Below are positions 10,139 through 22,518 of a DNA stretch of 64,000 nucleotides, one piece after another. The notes beneath the pieces are model-generated. The model saw only the letters and a program-made list of their open reading frames with translations. It searched no databases and was not told the origin of the DNA. The stretch comes from Diplonema japonicum (lineage: Eukaryota; Protista; Euglenozoa: Diplonemea). Numbering within the stretch: position 1 is the stretch's first letter; each line of letters starts with the position of its first letter. The translations under genes and the position numbers were made by a program. Location: positions 310,001-374,000 of the forward strand of contig OZ025735.1 of assembly GCA_964019335.1 (NCBI GenBank), given 5' to 3'.

Positions 10139-11160
10139 AAGGGGGCACATCCTCTTACGAACAGCATGTGGAGAAAAACACCGGCCAGACACCCGCTAAG
10201 TGCTTTCAGAACGAGGAGGGTCATCTGTGGAGCGATCTTCACGGTACACCCAAAAGTATGGAGCAAGAAGCTTGATGTGGCAGACAAGCTCACATGTGAT
10301 GTCTGCGACCACCAGGCGGAGACGACGGAGCAGATCACAGAGCACGCGCTGTGGGAGTGTGCCCCTGCGAGACAAGCGCAGCAGGAAAGTGTGTACGCGG
10401 AGGTCAAAAGAGAAGGGCTGCCGAAAGCAACGGCGCTACACGGTGTAGTGGTGAGAGGAACGGGAGCGGAAGTGCAGAAACAAGCGCGACTGGTGCAGAG
10501 CTACCTGGTGCGAGTGGTGGCGTTGCGTGACAGTAGAGCAGCGGAGAGGACGGTGCATGTTATAAGACCATATCCTTGGAAAGAGACGACGACCGGAACA
10601 AGATGCCCGGTACCGACGGAGGAGATGCTTGTTGCGCACGGAGCAACGGGTGAGATACTGAAAAAGCAGTTGAAACATGTGCTACCCTGGCTGCAAGGTC
10701 TGAGGTGGTACCTAGGATCGAGGAAGACGTCAATCACCACGATGGAGCTGGCAATTGATTTTGAGATGACGACCGGTATATCCTTATACGGGGAACATGG
10801 GGAGAGCAGTCTGTTGGAGAGAAAAGCCGCACGTCTGCGGTACATCCTCAATAGAGTGCAAGCATGTGCGGCAAAGGGCAACAAAAGCGGCTTCCCGGCA
10901 AGAAGGATGACCAGAGTACACTCCCTGAGAAACCTGGGCGCACCAGCGATGCATGGCTACGACAAGAGACCCCTGTTCTCGTCAACCCAAACAGCCCCCT
11001 ATTTGGAGGGACTGCGACCGATGTTCTTAGCGCAGATGCCGTCCATGACGGACAGGCAAACCCCGACGGCCGGCACCAGGATGCAACCGCAGAATGGTGA
11101 CAGGCACGTGTAGGATCCCCCGTCCACGGTGGGCACCAACCAGCGCACCGCAAAAATAGA
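10139..11160 (+). mobile_element. 5'-truncated non-LTR retrotransposon fragment (zf-RVT-like C-terminal region)
   Basis: Open frame to 11113 with CDVC...E...EHALWEC (CCHC knuckle found downstream of LINE reverse transcriptases). It starts abruptly after poly(T), and its purine-rich composition differs from host genes. No RT core, TSD or poly(A) tail seen. Confidence 0.6.
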
Positions 11161-11288
11161 TCGAGTTTTTTTTTTTTTTTTTCATCAAAAAAAAACGTAC
11201 ATATTCTTACAGGGAAAAAAGAAAAGAAAAAAAAAAAAAACCCATATATTTTTACACGCCGAGTTTGGAAAATAGAAAAAAAAAAGAA

Positions 11289-11462
11289 ATGCCTACCGCC
11301 CCCACCAAAAAGGAAAAGGTCGTGATGAACGGCGCACTCGTGTTGGGCGACGGCAAGGAAACCCCGATAAAAGACTGGCTCCCCACCCCGCACACAAAAA
11401 AGCTCAGCGACCCCGACGTGGGCGGGCCGATGAACATTAGCCTGGGGGGAATGTCGATTTAA
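11289..11462 (+). CDS. Short 57-aa ORF, possible small protein or gene fragment
   Basis: ATG directly after an A-rich leader, coding-like GC content, stop 18 nt before the second piggyBac. No recognised motif. Confidence 0.25.
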   Translation: MPTAPTKKEKVVMNGALVLGDGKETPIKDWLPTPHTKKLSDPDVGGPMNISLGGMSI

Positions 11463-11480
11463 CTTTTTTTTTCTTTTTAA

Positions 11481-13252
11481 CCCATAACACTCCGGGGCCT
11501 ATCTACATAGGGGTCCCTTTTTTGCTCCTTTTCATAATTTGAGGGGAAAATGGCAGCATTTAACCCCCGTTTGCAGGTAAAACGGGTTTTTTGGACCAGG
11601 AAAATTAAAAAAAAAGTTCAAAAATTAATAAAAATACAAAGGGGATGAAGAGTTGAATGGCCGTAGGGTGCTCAAAAACGACCATGTCAAAATGGGTTGT
11701 GCACGGGGGGGTGTAAATTGAGCATCTTGGGACAAAAAAGGCAGCATCAGGACCCCTCAGATGTCTCAGACCGAGAGAAATGCCTTTTTGCGGGTGGAAT
11801 ATCGGCCTCGAAATCGTCAAGAGGCCTTTTTGGGGTGACGGAAGAGTGGTACGAAAAAAGCACTTATTTGGACAGAGGTGTTGGTTTCAGGTGTAGCATT
11901 TGTAGATTGTGCGTTTTGTGTCATCCTTTCAACCTGCAGACCCTAGAGGTGCCCCCTTTGAGTGGCTAGCGGTCACGTTTGGTGTAATCTGGGGTATCGG
12001 GGGTGTGTGCTCCACTAGTTGGGTGCCGGGAGTGATGTTTTTGCAACGCTGGACCCATCAATCAGGCTCTCTCGAAAGCGCTCTTTAAAAGCAGCCAGGG
12101 TTGTGTATCTCTTTGGCATCCCTGAACCATATTTTATTTGAAGTGCATGGCAGTTAACTATTGTCACTTCTAGGGCCCACCAGAAGAGTCCGCACGAAAT
12201 GCAAGCCCCTCACAGTTTTTTCACAGGGCTTCGGCCAGACCCACAGTCGAAAAGTAGCTATCGCAAACTACCGTGTTGTCATTTCCCCGGAAAGGCTCCG
12301 TTAGCCCCAGCACCGCCTTTTCCACAACACTGAAATTTTCAAGTGCGTGCCCCTCGATTTTGGTGGCGTGAAAACGCAAAAGATAACCCGTGCTCGTGCA
12401 GTTTAGGCAGTAGATTTTTATGCCATATCTTTTACGCTTGAGAGGACAGTAGACCCGCAGCCCCCCAATTGCCCCGTGAAGGTACGAGTGTCTCGTCAAT
12501 GCTTAAATATTTTCCTGGCACTGCTGCTTTTGCCCACTTGTCACCAATTCTGCCCAGAAACCCTCGTATCTTCACAACACGTCACCGTTTGACCCTTCTG
12601 TGTGAGTGAAGTGGAGGCTACTTTTGATTTCCTGGTAGCGTCTCCTGGGCTTCGTGTTACTGAAAAGGGGGATTTTCATGGTCCTGTGGACCAATACGAC
12701 TGCTGATTCTGGGCACGCCGTAAACCCATCGCAATGCTCAATCCGAGTAAGCGGTGGAGTCTTGGGTCGAAATTTTATCAATCTCAGCGTCCTTTTGCTT
12801 GTTTGTCTCTTCTTGGATGACGTCTGTGAGCTTCCTATAAAAAAACCGAAGGAATAACCATTTTGCGTCGTCAGGTTTCTGCGTACCACGGGACAGCTTT
12901 TTTTCTCCCCACTGGCCTATTTTATGGTCTCTATGGGTACCAACTCCCTTACCCATGAAGGCTGGACCTCGTCCGTAGCTGTTTTGGCTTTGCCTTTGCG
13001 TTTTTTGGGAACAATTTGGACACAGTATGCACACCCGTTATTTTGCGTTTTTAGCCTATCTACTCGGATTTGGGACCCACTTGGTGGGTGGATAACAAGG
13101 TTAAGTGACGCAGCGCAGCATGAAATGCTGTTGAAAATAACTCCTCATTATAGTCGTTCTTGGAGATCCAGGGGTCGAGTGGCCGAAAAAGTACTTAGAG
13201 AAAAAAACGATTTTTCAAAACGACAAATATTTGCGCCTTGGAGTGTTATGGG
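11481..13252 (-). mobile_element. Decayed piggyBac-superfamily DNA transposon (1772 bp), TTAA target-site duplication
   Basis: 13-bp TIR CCCATAACACTCC (11481-11493; reverse complement at 13240-13252); TTAA at 11477-11480 and 13253-13256. Minus-strand transposase remnants CPLKRKRYGIKIYCLNCTSTGYL and TVVCDSYFSTVGLAEAL. Confidence 0.92.
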
Positions 13253-13309
13253 TTAAAAAAATTCTTTCACCCCCCCAATTCTAGGACAAAAAAAAAAAAA
13301 AAAAAAAAA

Positions 13310-14396
13310 ATGCGAAGTATACGAACGGTCCAGCAGCTGAGGAGGTACTGCAGCAAGGAGATAGCAAAGACGCGAGATGACAAAAAGGAACTCGCCACTC
13401 CGACCAGACCTACCGATGCGCTGTATGAAGCTGAGTCAAAAAACTCGGGAAACTTTAATATCGCTGTCCAAGCCGTGCGGGAGAAGCAACGAAAACGAAA
13501 CGAGCTCTTTGAAAACCCAGAGTTCAGGGAGAACCAGCTCGGATACCTCCCCGACCAGTACACGCTGCTGCGCGGCCACGACAAGGACGGCAACTACGAA
13601 AGAAACTTTATACTGCGCAACCCAAAGGTCCTCCCTGGCTTCCTCATGTTCGCCAGCGTTGTATTCGGCGGGGCAACAGTGTACTTTGGGTACTGGAACG
13701 AATCCAAAAAATACAAAAAAGATTTTCAAGCTCGGGAAGAAGGCGTTGCATATGTGGGAACACCACGCCTGGGTGGACCATTCGAGCTCATCGATTCAAA
13801 AACCGGGAAAAAAGTTACATCGGAATCCTTAAAAGGCAAATGGTTGTACATATACTTCGGGTTCACGAACTGCCCGGACATCTGCCCGGAGGAAATGAAG
13901 AAACTTTCTTTTGTAACAGACAGTTTGGAACCAATCCTGGGTGATATGTTTCAGCCTGTATTTATTACTGTAGACCCAAAACGTGATGGTAAAGAAGCAG
14001 TTACAGAATATCTACAAGACTATCATCCCTCCATCCTTGGCCTCACAGGTTCCACTGCCGCAGTTGAAAACGCGACGCGGCAGTACCGTGTGTTCCACTC
14101 CGTGCCCGACATCGAGACATTTACCGAGTCGGATTACCTTGTTGATCACTCCATCATCACGTACTTAATGGACCCTCGTGGGGTATTTTGCGACTACACG
14201 ACCAAGGAATACAGCACTAGGGAGGCGTTCAACAAAATCAAAGCGTCCATCTACGCCTGGGAGAAGGAGCAGATTGCCAAGGGCATGACTGACGTTACCA
14301 TCACCTCGAAGTATGGGAAAAAAAAAATTTTTTTTTTTTTTTATAAACACAACGAACAGTCCCGCGTTGCAGGCGTTACGGGTTTCTGGATCGTAA
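13310..14396 (+). CDS. SCO1: SCO1/SenC cytochrome c oxidase copper chaperone
   Basis: Mitochondrial-presequence-like start, one TM helix, LGGPFEL, YFGFTNCPDICP, ITVDPKRD, YLVDHS. Exons 13310-14310 and 14360-14396 (49-nt intron). Confidence 0.93.
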
Positions 14397-14650
14397 ACAA
14401 AGAAAAAAAGAAAATGTACTTTTGTGGAGAGAAGGGGGTTTTTTTTTTTTTTATTATTATTATTTCAAGAATTCTTGTTCAAAAGAATTATATTTGTCCC
14501 TCTTGTGTAGTGTCGTGGTTTTTATGCCAAAAGGCATCTTTTTAAAAAGAGAAAAAAAAAAAAGGAAAAAGGAAATCGTTCTGCAAATAAAAATCTTTTT
14601 AAAAACAGGTTTACAAAAAAAGAGGGGGGGTTGAAGGGGAACCTTTCCCA

Positions 14651-17600
14651 ATGTTTAATATATTCACCAACTCCCAGGCCTTCGATCGGGCACAGGACCA
14701 TGCCCAGATACTCAGTGAAGCTGCGGCTGCTGAGGAAGTTCACATGGCGGACAGGAAGAAGAAGCACACGGCTAAAGACAGAAAGTCTACAAAGGAGGAC
14801 AAAGTGGAGGTGACACAAACAGAGATCACGGTGTCGATGAGGAGGCGTTGGCTTTTGGAGGCGCAGGAAAACCTTAACACGTGCATACTAACTGAGAGGT
14901 CAAGGAGGGTGAACTCAGAGACGCGTGAAGGGCAAGACCGGGCGTGGATGACTCATTGGCGCAACTCTGTGATCAAGAGACAGAGGGAAAAAGAAGCGGC
15001 AAAGGTTGGCAGGGGTATTGTGAGCCATTCTGCTACGCGCCGCCTGACGCGCGAACTAAAGATCATCGCGAGCGATCCCAGCTGGGGTGTCTCCGCCATG
15101 CCTGTCGACGACAACCTGCTGCAGTGGCACTGCAACGTTGCTGCTCCTGGCGGTTTAACTGGGAAGGGTGTCCTCCACCTGGAGCTGAACTTCCCCCCCA
15201 CGTACCCAGCCGTGCCTCCTAAGGTCAAGATCCTCGGCGCTGATGTTGAGCACCCTAACATTTTCGGGAAGTACATCTGCCTCGACATGCTTGAAAAGGG
15301 CGAGTTCGCCACTGCTGAACACACACTTAAACCCTACTCCGGTTGGTCTGCTGGCTACGGCGTACAAGCCATGCTCCGTCAGCTGCAGTCCTTCTTCTAC
15401 AGTGGCGCCGACTCCGGCGACACCAAAGGCAGGATTCGCATCAAACCCTGGTCAGCCAACACCACGTGGGAGTACCAGCTTGACTGGGATGAATGCAACG
15501 AATGGCAGGACTGGGCATACGACCCATTCTCCTTCTGTGGGCACAGGTGGGCCTCTCCTGGTAACTGTCACGTAAAAGGCTGCACCTCGAAGGGCAGGCT
15601 GACCAGGAAGTGGATCAAGATGCACGACGCTGACGTCTCGAGACTCGAGATGCTGCACAAAGAACACGAGGATGACGAGGACAACCGAGAGTACTGGCCT
15701 GTAGAGAACATGGTGTTCGCAAGGAAGGTCAAACCTAAGAAGTTGTTCTTCTTGAAAATCATGTTCGCTGCCAATCTGGTGCCCGACCTGGGTGCCTACT
15801 ACAAGTCTCTGGAGTACAAGTCGATCCCCACCTACCACTGGAATCCTTTCGTCGAGGTTTCCTTCGGTGGACAGACTGAGACAACGGCTATCTCCCCCGT
15901 GCACCTTGCTATCAAAGACAATCCTGATGCCCCCAGCTACCTACCGAAGCGTGCCTGTTCCAGCACCCCTGTGTGGATGACCGAGTTCAAGTTTGTTCCC
16001 AAGTCTTACAACCACACGGAGATGGTGAAGTTCAGTGTGATCGATGATTCGCCCACTGGGAGGATCGTGCTTGGCGTCGCTGAGTATGCTATTGGTCAAA
16101 TCCTGAAGAGCATGAGGGGAAGCAACATCGAACTGAAGCTGAAACCCCAGGAGGACAATGAAAGGTTCCGCAGGAGCTCCAAGCAAAACCTCGGGTCCTT
16201 GTTCTTTGGATACCACGTTCCTGAAGTAAAGAAGGTGCCTACGTACGAGTTCCAGTTGAGACCAGAGTGTATCGATGGTGACTACCGCCAGCGCTCTGGC
16301 TGCACGGGAAGCATCAGGAGAGTCAGGAGGAGGAAGGGATACGTGTGTGAGGCCTGCGACCACTCGCCTCTGGAGTGTAAGCCTCCACTGCCGTCAGCCA
16401 TAGAGTGCGATGACGCACCGCCCTTTGCCTTAGAGGCCTTCCACGCCAGCATGAAGGAAGCTGCTGGTGATAACCCCGCTGCACTGAAGGCTATGGGGCG
16501 AATGATGGCTTCGCTGGAGAATGAAGAGCCCGTCCACACGGGTAGCACAATCACCGATCTGCCCTTCGATGTGATGTTGGTTGTGATGGAGTTCCTGCCA
16601 CGGAACCGGGAACGCAGGTACATGGCTGCTCTGTACACTCCTTGGGACGTGCTCTACAAGAACGCCAAATTCTGGGAAGCACAACACCTCCGTTGCTTCA
16701 CGACGGGAGCTAATCCCTCTGAGGACCTCCTAGGTATAGGTGTCACCGCTGCCGAGGCCATGCACGGACGCCCTGTGTTCACCTGCCAGTTCGATGCCAT
16801 GAGCCACACTGCCTACGCAGAGGGCGTGCGTATTGGTGTGTGGAAGGAGCCCCTGACGCACTGGATCCCTCTCTACATCAACAAGCACCACGCCACTAAG
16901 TCCATGCAGAAGCTCATACCCATGATGGACAAGCTCGCGGTGGGAGTGAGATCCAGCACCTCTGCCTGGACGGTTTGCGGGGCCGACATCGATGGGAAAG
17001 GGAAGAACAGTCTGCGGAAAGTGAAAGAGTTGCCTGGCCACGTGTTCAGGTCGACGGGCTGGTCGGGGCTGAGGGGCGGCTCATTCTGCGCATCCGGCAA
17101 CCACTATTTCCAAGTGAGGATCGACTCATTTCAAGAGATCTCGGGGTTCAAAATCGCAGGGAGGCTCGCTGCGCACGGCGTGGTAAAAGTCGGCTGGGTG
17201 ACCATGAACGGGGATGTGAACCTTGGGACCGACAAATACGGCTTCTGCATTTCGTCAAACGGGCACAAGGTGCACGACACAGTCCGCGATGAGTACACCG
17301 AGCCCCTCAGCCCAGGGGACATCGTGGGGACGCTCTGGAACGCTGACAAGAGAACCATTTCATACTACATAAACGGGAAGTTCACTGGTGTTGCCTTTAA
17401 CGTGCCCAGGAGCGGGGACTACCCTGGGCTCATCCCCGCAGTGGCGCTGAGCTATGCCACCATCGAGGTGGACATCGAGGGCGGGTACAACGCACCGTGC
17501 GAGGTGGAAACAAGCACGCTTGGTGCTCATGAAAGAGTGGTGGCACGCAATGTCGGTAACTGTTTGACGGTCTTGCCGCAGCTGATGAACCACATGGTGG

Positions 17601-18576
17601 TGGATGTGATGAAGGGCTCGCTGCACGCGTCGGTTAAGGCACTGCAAGGGTACTGCGCGATTCACAGACTGCTTCTACACTGCTGCGACACAATGCCATC
17701 TGTACAAGAAGAGGCGGACAAACAGATTAGAAAGTTTATCGAACACCCAACGGAGCGCCACAAGGTGATGTGCCCAGACCTCGGTATCCTGCTGTGCCTG
17801 CTCACTATCAGCAAACAGTACTGGTGGGAGGACATGAGAAACTGCTTCCTGACGGAGCTCTTCGCGAGGCACGTCAGGTGGTCTCTAAAGAAAAGCAAGC
17901 GTTTTGCAGCCGGCATCCTGATCCCGAAGATGGCGAAGGAAGCAGAGATGGTGGAGGAGGCATTCTTCGCGAATGAGACAAGTTGCAAGCTAGTCATGTT
18001 CCAGGTGTTCTTCTGCAGCCTCGTGAAGCCGCCTAAGGACGAACGAGAGTGCCACGACGACCTCTTCGGCAGAGTGAAGACCGACTATGACTCCAGAATG
18101 GGCTTCCCTACAGAGTTCATGGTTGAGAGCCTTGTGCAGCAGATAAAAACAGTGAACAGTGCTCTGGAGAAGCAGTGGAACGGGTTCCTGACGACAGTAG
18201 GCGGGCAGCCCCGTGAGGTGCGCGACCTTGCTAAGCGAGTTAGGGAGGCGGTGACTAGGTCGAATTACAGCGGTTATCATGGTATGAACGGAGAAGGGGA
18301 AAGGAAAAAAAAAAAAAAAACAGCTGATGTAACGTTCCCTGACAAGCCCTATGCTGCTAAGTTGCTACGAATGCCTCCGAGACCCCGTTTGAAGCCGGGT
18401 GAGAAACCAAAACCGAAGCCTGCTAAGAGGAGGGAAAAGCTTGACGAGGACGACTATGGTGGACAGGTGCTTTTTTTTTTTTTTTTTTTTTTTTTTTTCT
18501 TTTTTTTTTTTTTTTAAATTCTTTTTTTTGGTTGCATTACAATAAACAGGACGATGGCTACGACAAATATGATTGA
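14651..18576 (+). CDS. Large ubiquitin-conjugating (UBC/E2) domain protein with split WWE, C2, F-box-like and SPRY domains, 1266 aa
   Basis: UBC: RRLTREL...LLQWHCN...FPPTYP..PP...HPNIF...ICLDML. C2 at ~15740-16215; F-box-like ITDLPFDVMLVVMEFL; SPRY (HYFQV, VKVGW, LGTDKYGF, GDIVG, YYING, LIPAV). Exons 14651-18281, 18324-18466, 18550-18576. Confidence 0.85.
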
Positions 18577-19234
18577 TAAGCGGGGAAAAAAAAAAAAAAA
18601 AAGAAAAAAAAAATGACCTTTTTAGCTCTTCTTCCCGCCTTCCCCCCAGGTTTGCACCACAGCCCTTTGGACAGGTTTCCTCTTTATCCTCTTATTCTAC
18701 GCTCGTTCTGTGATTGAGGTTATGTAACATGTATCATCTGCGTCTTTTCAAAAAAAAAAGAAAAAAAAAAAGAGAGAAGGTTTTCTCTTCTAACCCTCTT
18801 TTTTCTTTTGACCTCCCAGAAAATGACTGGGAGGGGAGAAAGAAATAAAAAGAAAAAAAGGAATTTCTTTCTTCCTTTTTTCTTTTTTTTTTTCAAACAC
18901 TAGATGAGTTGATTGCGTCGGGCGATCCTGTCACACACTGCAGATTCCCTTCAAAGACCTCTAAGGCACCTTTTTTGATACGCTTGTAGGATTAAGAACA
19001 AGAAAATCAAACCCATCTTGAGAACATATACTCATTGGCTTTTCTTTTTTTTTTTTTTTTGGTAGGTGTTTTCTTCCCCCCTCCCCTTCATTGCCCCTTT
19101 TACTTTTATTCCATTGCCCTCTTAATTTTTCACCCTAGTTGCTTTTCTGACTGGTAAGACGGATACCTAGAGGTCAACGTCTTTGTATTTTATTTCTTCT
19201 TTACTTGCTCTTGGTCTCCTTTCTCTCTGTCGCG

Positions 19235-19270
<36 letters not shown>

Positions 19271-19544
19271 AAGTACTGCTCAGTTTCTTGTAAAGAACAA
19301 AAAAAAAGAGATATTTGTACTTGTGTGCACAAAACAAATGCAAGGCACCAATTCTTTTTTATTATTATTCTGGGTTCTATTTTCCTTTTTTTTTTTGTTC
19401 CCTCCCCTGATACATCTGCTTCCATAAAAGAATTGTAGCACGTCTCATTATTCGTTGGTCCTTCTATACCACTGGTAAAGACTCCAAAGGGCGAGGCGCA
19501 TGCATAACTTACGTAGATTTGCCTGCAGAAGGGGGATATTCAAC

Positions 19545-21795
19545 ATGGCGGCAGTTACGGCAGATGAAATACTGGGGAAGATCAAGGAGGCTGGCGTGGC
19601 CATGACACTGGAGTCACACGAGGCAGCAATGACGGTTGATGAGTACATCCCCTTCCACAAAAATTTTTCGGTACCGGAGTCGGCAATGACAAGGTGTCTG
19701 TTCTTGAAGGACAAGAAGAATAAACTCTTCCTTGTGGCCACGTTGGCATCGACGAGGACGGACTTGAAGCTCTTCTCGAAGGCAGTTGGCGCGAAGGGAG
19801 CCAGCTTCGCTTCTGTGGAAATTCTTGACGAAAAGCTGCGTATGTTTTTTGGAGAAGAAAAAAAAAAGGAAAACACAAACAGGAGTGAAGAAGGGTGCGG
19901 TGAACCCATTCGCCATCATCAACGACACCTCGTCTGATGTGACCCTTGTGCTTGAGGATGCGCTCCTCAAGTCCGCCGCTCCTCTGTGCTTCCACCCCAT
20001 GGACAACACAAAGACTGTCATCCTCTCCAACGACCAGTTCGTCAAGTACCTCGACCACTTCAACATCAAGTACCAGGTCGCTGAACTCACCGCCGATGCT
20101 GATGCTGCTGCCCCTGCTGGCGGTGCGAAGAAGGAGAAGGCCAAGCCCGCCGAAGGTGTCAACAAGGAAGGGATCCAGGTGAAGAAGGAAGAAGACTTCG
20201 CGACGTGGTACCAGCAGGTGATCACAAGGTCCGACATGATTGAGTACTACGACATCAGCGGGTGCTACATCCTGCGTCCCAACGCCATCAACATCTGGAA
20301 GTACATAATGAGGTTCTTCGACGATGAGATCACCGAGATGGGTGTGGAGCCCTGCTACTTCCCCATGTTTGTGTCGAAGGGTGCCCTCGAGAAGGAGGAA
20401 TCTCACATTGATGGCTTCTCCGCTGAGGTTGCTTGGGTCACGAAGTCGGGCAGCTCCGACCTTCAGGAGCCCATCGCCATCAGGCCCACCAGCGAGACTG
20501 TGATGTACCCCTCGTTCGCGAAGTGGATCCGCAGTCACAGGGACCTCCCCCTCCGACTCAACCAGTGGTGCAACGTTGTGAGGTGGGAGTTCTCTCACCC
20601 CACTCCCTTCATTAGGAACAGGGAGTTCCTGTGGCAGGAGGGCCACACTGCCCATGAGACTGAGGAAGGAGCTGGAAAGGAGGTGCGCGAGATCCTTGAC
20701 CTGTACGCAAGGGTGTACGAGGAGTACCTTGCTGTTCCCGTGTACAAGGGGATGAAGACGGAGAAGGAGAAGTTTGCTGGCGGGAAGTACACGACCACTG
20801 TCGAGGCCTTCGTGCCCACCGTTGGGAGGTCTGTGCAGGGCGCCACGTCCCACTGCCTGGGCTACGGGTTCGCCAAGATGTTCGGGATCAGTTTCGAGGA
20901 CAAGAACGGCAAGCAGCAGATGCCCTGCCAGAACTCGTGGGGGCTGTCAACCAGGACCATCGGTGTGATGGTGATGGTGCACTCCGACGACAAGGGTCTT
21001 GTCCTTCCTCCCAAGGTCGCCCCCACGCAGTGCGTGTTCGTTCCTGTGGGGATCAACGCAAAAACGACCCCCGAGGACATGCAGAAGGTGAAGGATGCAT
21101 GCGATGACCTGATGAAGCAGCTGAAGAGCAAGGGTGTGAGGGCGAAGGTTGACGACAGGAACGACAAGACATCTGGGAACAAGTGCAACCACTGGGAGCT
21201 GCGAGGTGTGCCCATCCGTATCGAGGTGGGTCCCAAGGAGGTTGGGGCGAACTCGGCGGTGCTCTGCTTCAGACACACCCTGTCCAAGGAGACGGTGTCG
21301 CTTGACAACTTCGCCCAGACCGTGAGCGACAAGCTGGTTGGGATGCAGAGCGAGATGCTGGAGAACGCGAAGAAGCTCCGTCAGGAGAGGAACGTGTTGC
21401 TGGAGGCTGGGAAGTGGGAGGAGTTCGTTCCCATCCTGAACCAGCTGAAGACGTGTGTGGTCCCCTTCTGTGGTGAGGAGGCTTGCGAAGACCGCATCAA
21501 GAAGGACTCCGCCGCCAAGGCACAGGAGCTCATCGAGGAAGAGGTGTGCAACGTGAGGGGGGGGAAAGAAATGATAGGTTGACTTCTTTTAACCCACAAA
21601 CAAAACACAGGAGGACGAGAGGGCTCCCTCCATGGGTGCGAAGAGCTTATGTGCTCCCTTTGACCAGCCCGACAAGGCTCTTGGTGACAAGTGCTTCCAT
21701 CCCCAGTGCAAGAATGCCCCCAAGGAGTATGTGAAAAAATGAAACAAAACGAAATAAATAAAAACAGCTGGGTTATGTTTGGTCGCAGCTACTGA
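19545..21795 (+). CDS. ProRS: Prolyl-tRNA synthetase (eukaryote/archaeal type) with N-terminal YbaK/ProXp-ala editing domain, copy 1; possible upstream start at 19500
   Basis: Exons 19545-19839, 19883-21543, 21611-21726, 21768-21795. Motifs IRPTSET, LNQWCNVVRWE, REFLWQEGHT, QGATSH, QNSWG and C-terminal FGRSY*. Confidence 0.96.
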
Positions 21796-22518
21796 GATAC
21801 GGTGTTTGAACCTTGCTGCCTTTCCCTGACTTCCCTGACTTCCTTTGTCAAGAAAACCCAGTGATCTATTATAATTTCGAAGTGGCAGGAAACCGTAGGT
21901 GAGGAAGAAAAAAAAGAGTCGAGTGGCAGAAATTCTTAAATTTTGGTCCGTCGCTGTAGCGGGCCTTACTTAGCTACCCCTGATTTGCTGTTGTTTAAAG
22001 CAAAGAACAATGGTATGAGTTTCGCCCTGCTTTTTTTTTGAACAAAAGGAAAAAAAAAAAAGAAAATAAATATACATTTTCCTTGATTCCATCCGTCGTT
22101 TCCATGTCACTATTCTCTTAAGTCATCTTTTGTCTCTCCATTTTTCTTTCTGTTTTTTTATTTTTTTTTTTTTATATTTTACTTACTTGTTCTTGACCAC
22201 TCTTGCTCTATTTTTTTTTTTTTTTTCCGTCATGTGCGGGCCGTTGCTAACCGCTTCGTTCCTATCATAGTGATTTTTTTTTTTTTGCGTCATGTGAATT
22301 TTGTGTGAATTATTTTTTTTTTTCCCTCTGGGTTTACGGGTTCATTGTCTTCCATCTTCAAATAATGAACTGTTACCAAATCGTTATTTTATTCCCCCCC
22401 CCACGCTGCTGCTGTCACATGTTTGATGGAATGGGGGGAGAAAAAAAAGAAAAAGAAAAGGGAAACCAACAAAATTTATAGCTTGCGCAGATTTGCCTGC
22501 AGAAGGGGGATATTCAAC

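Noticed and set aside
21938-21965. SL RNA or snRNA gene (AATTTTGG Sm-like site plus hairpin)
   Set aside because: No SL exon or snRNA 5' motifs upstream, and the Sm-like sequence is not kept in the second copy. Retained only as a UTR hairpin.
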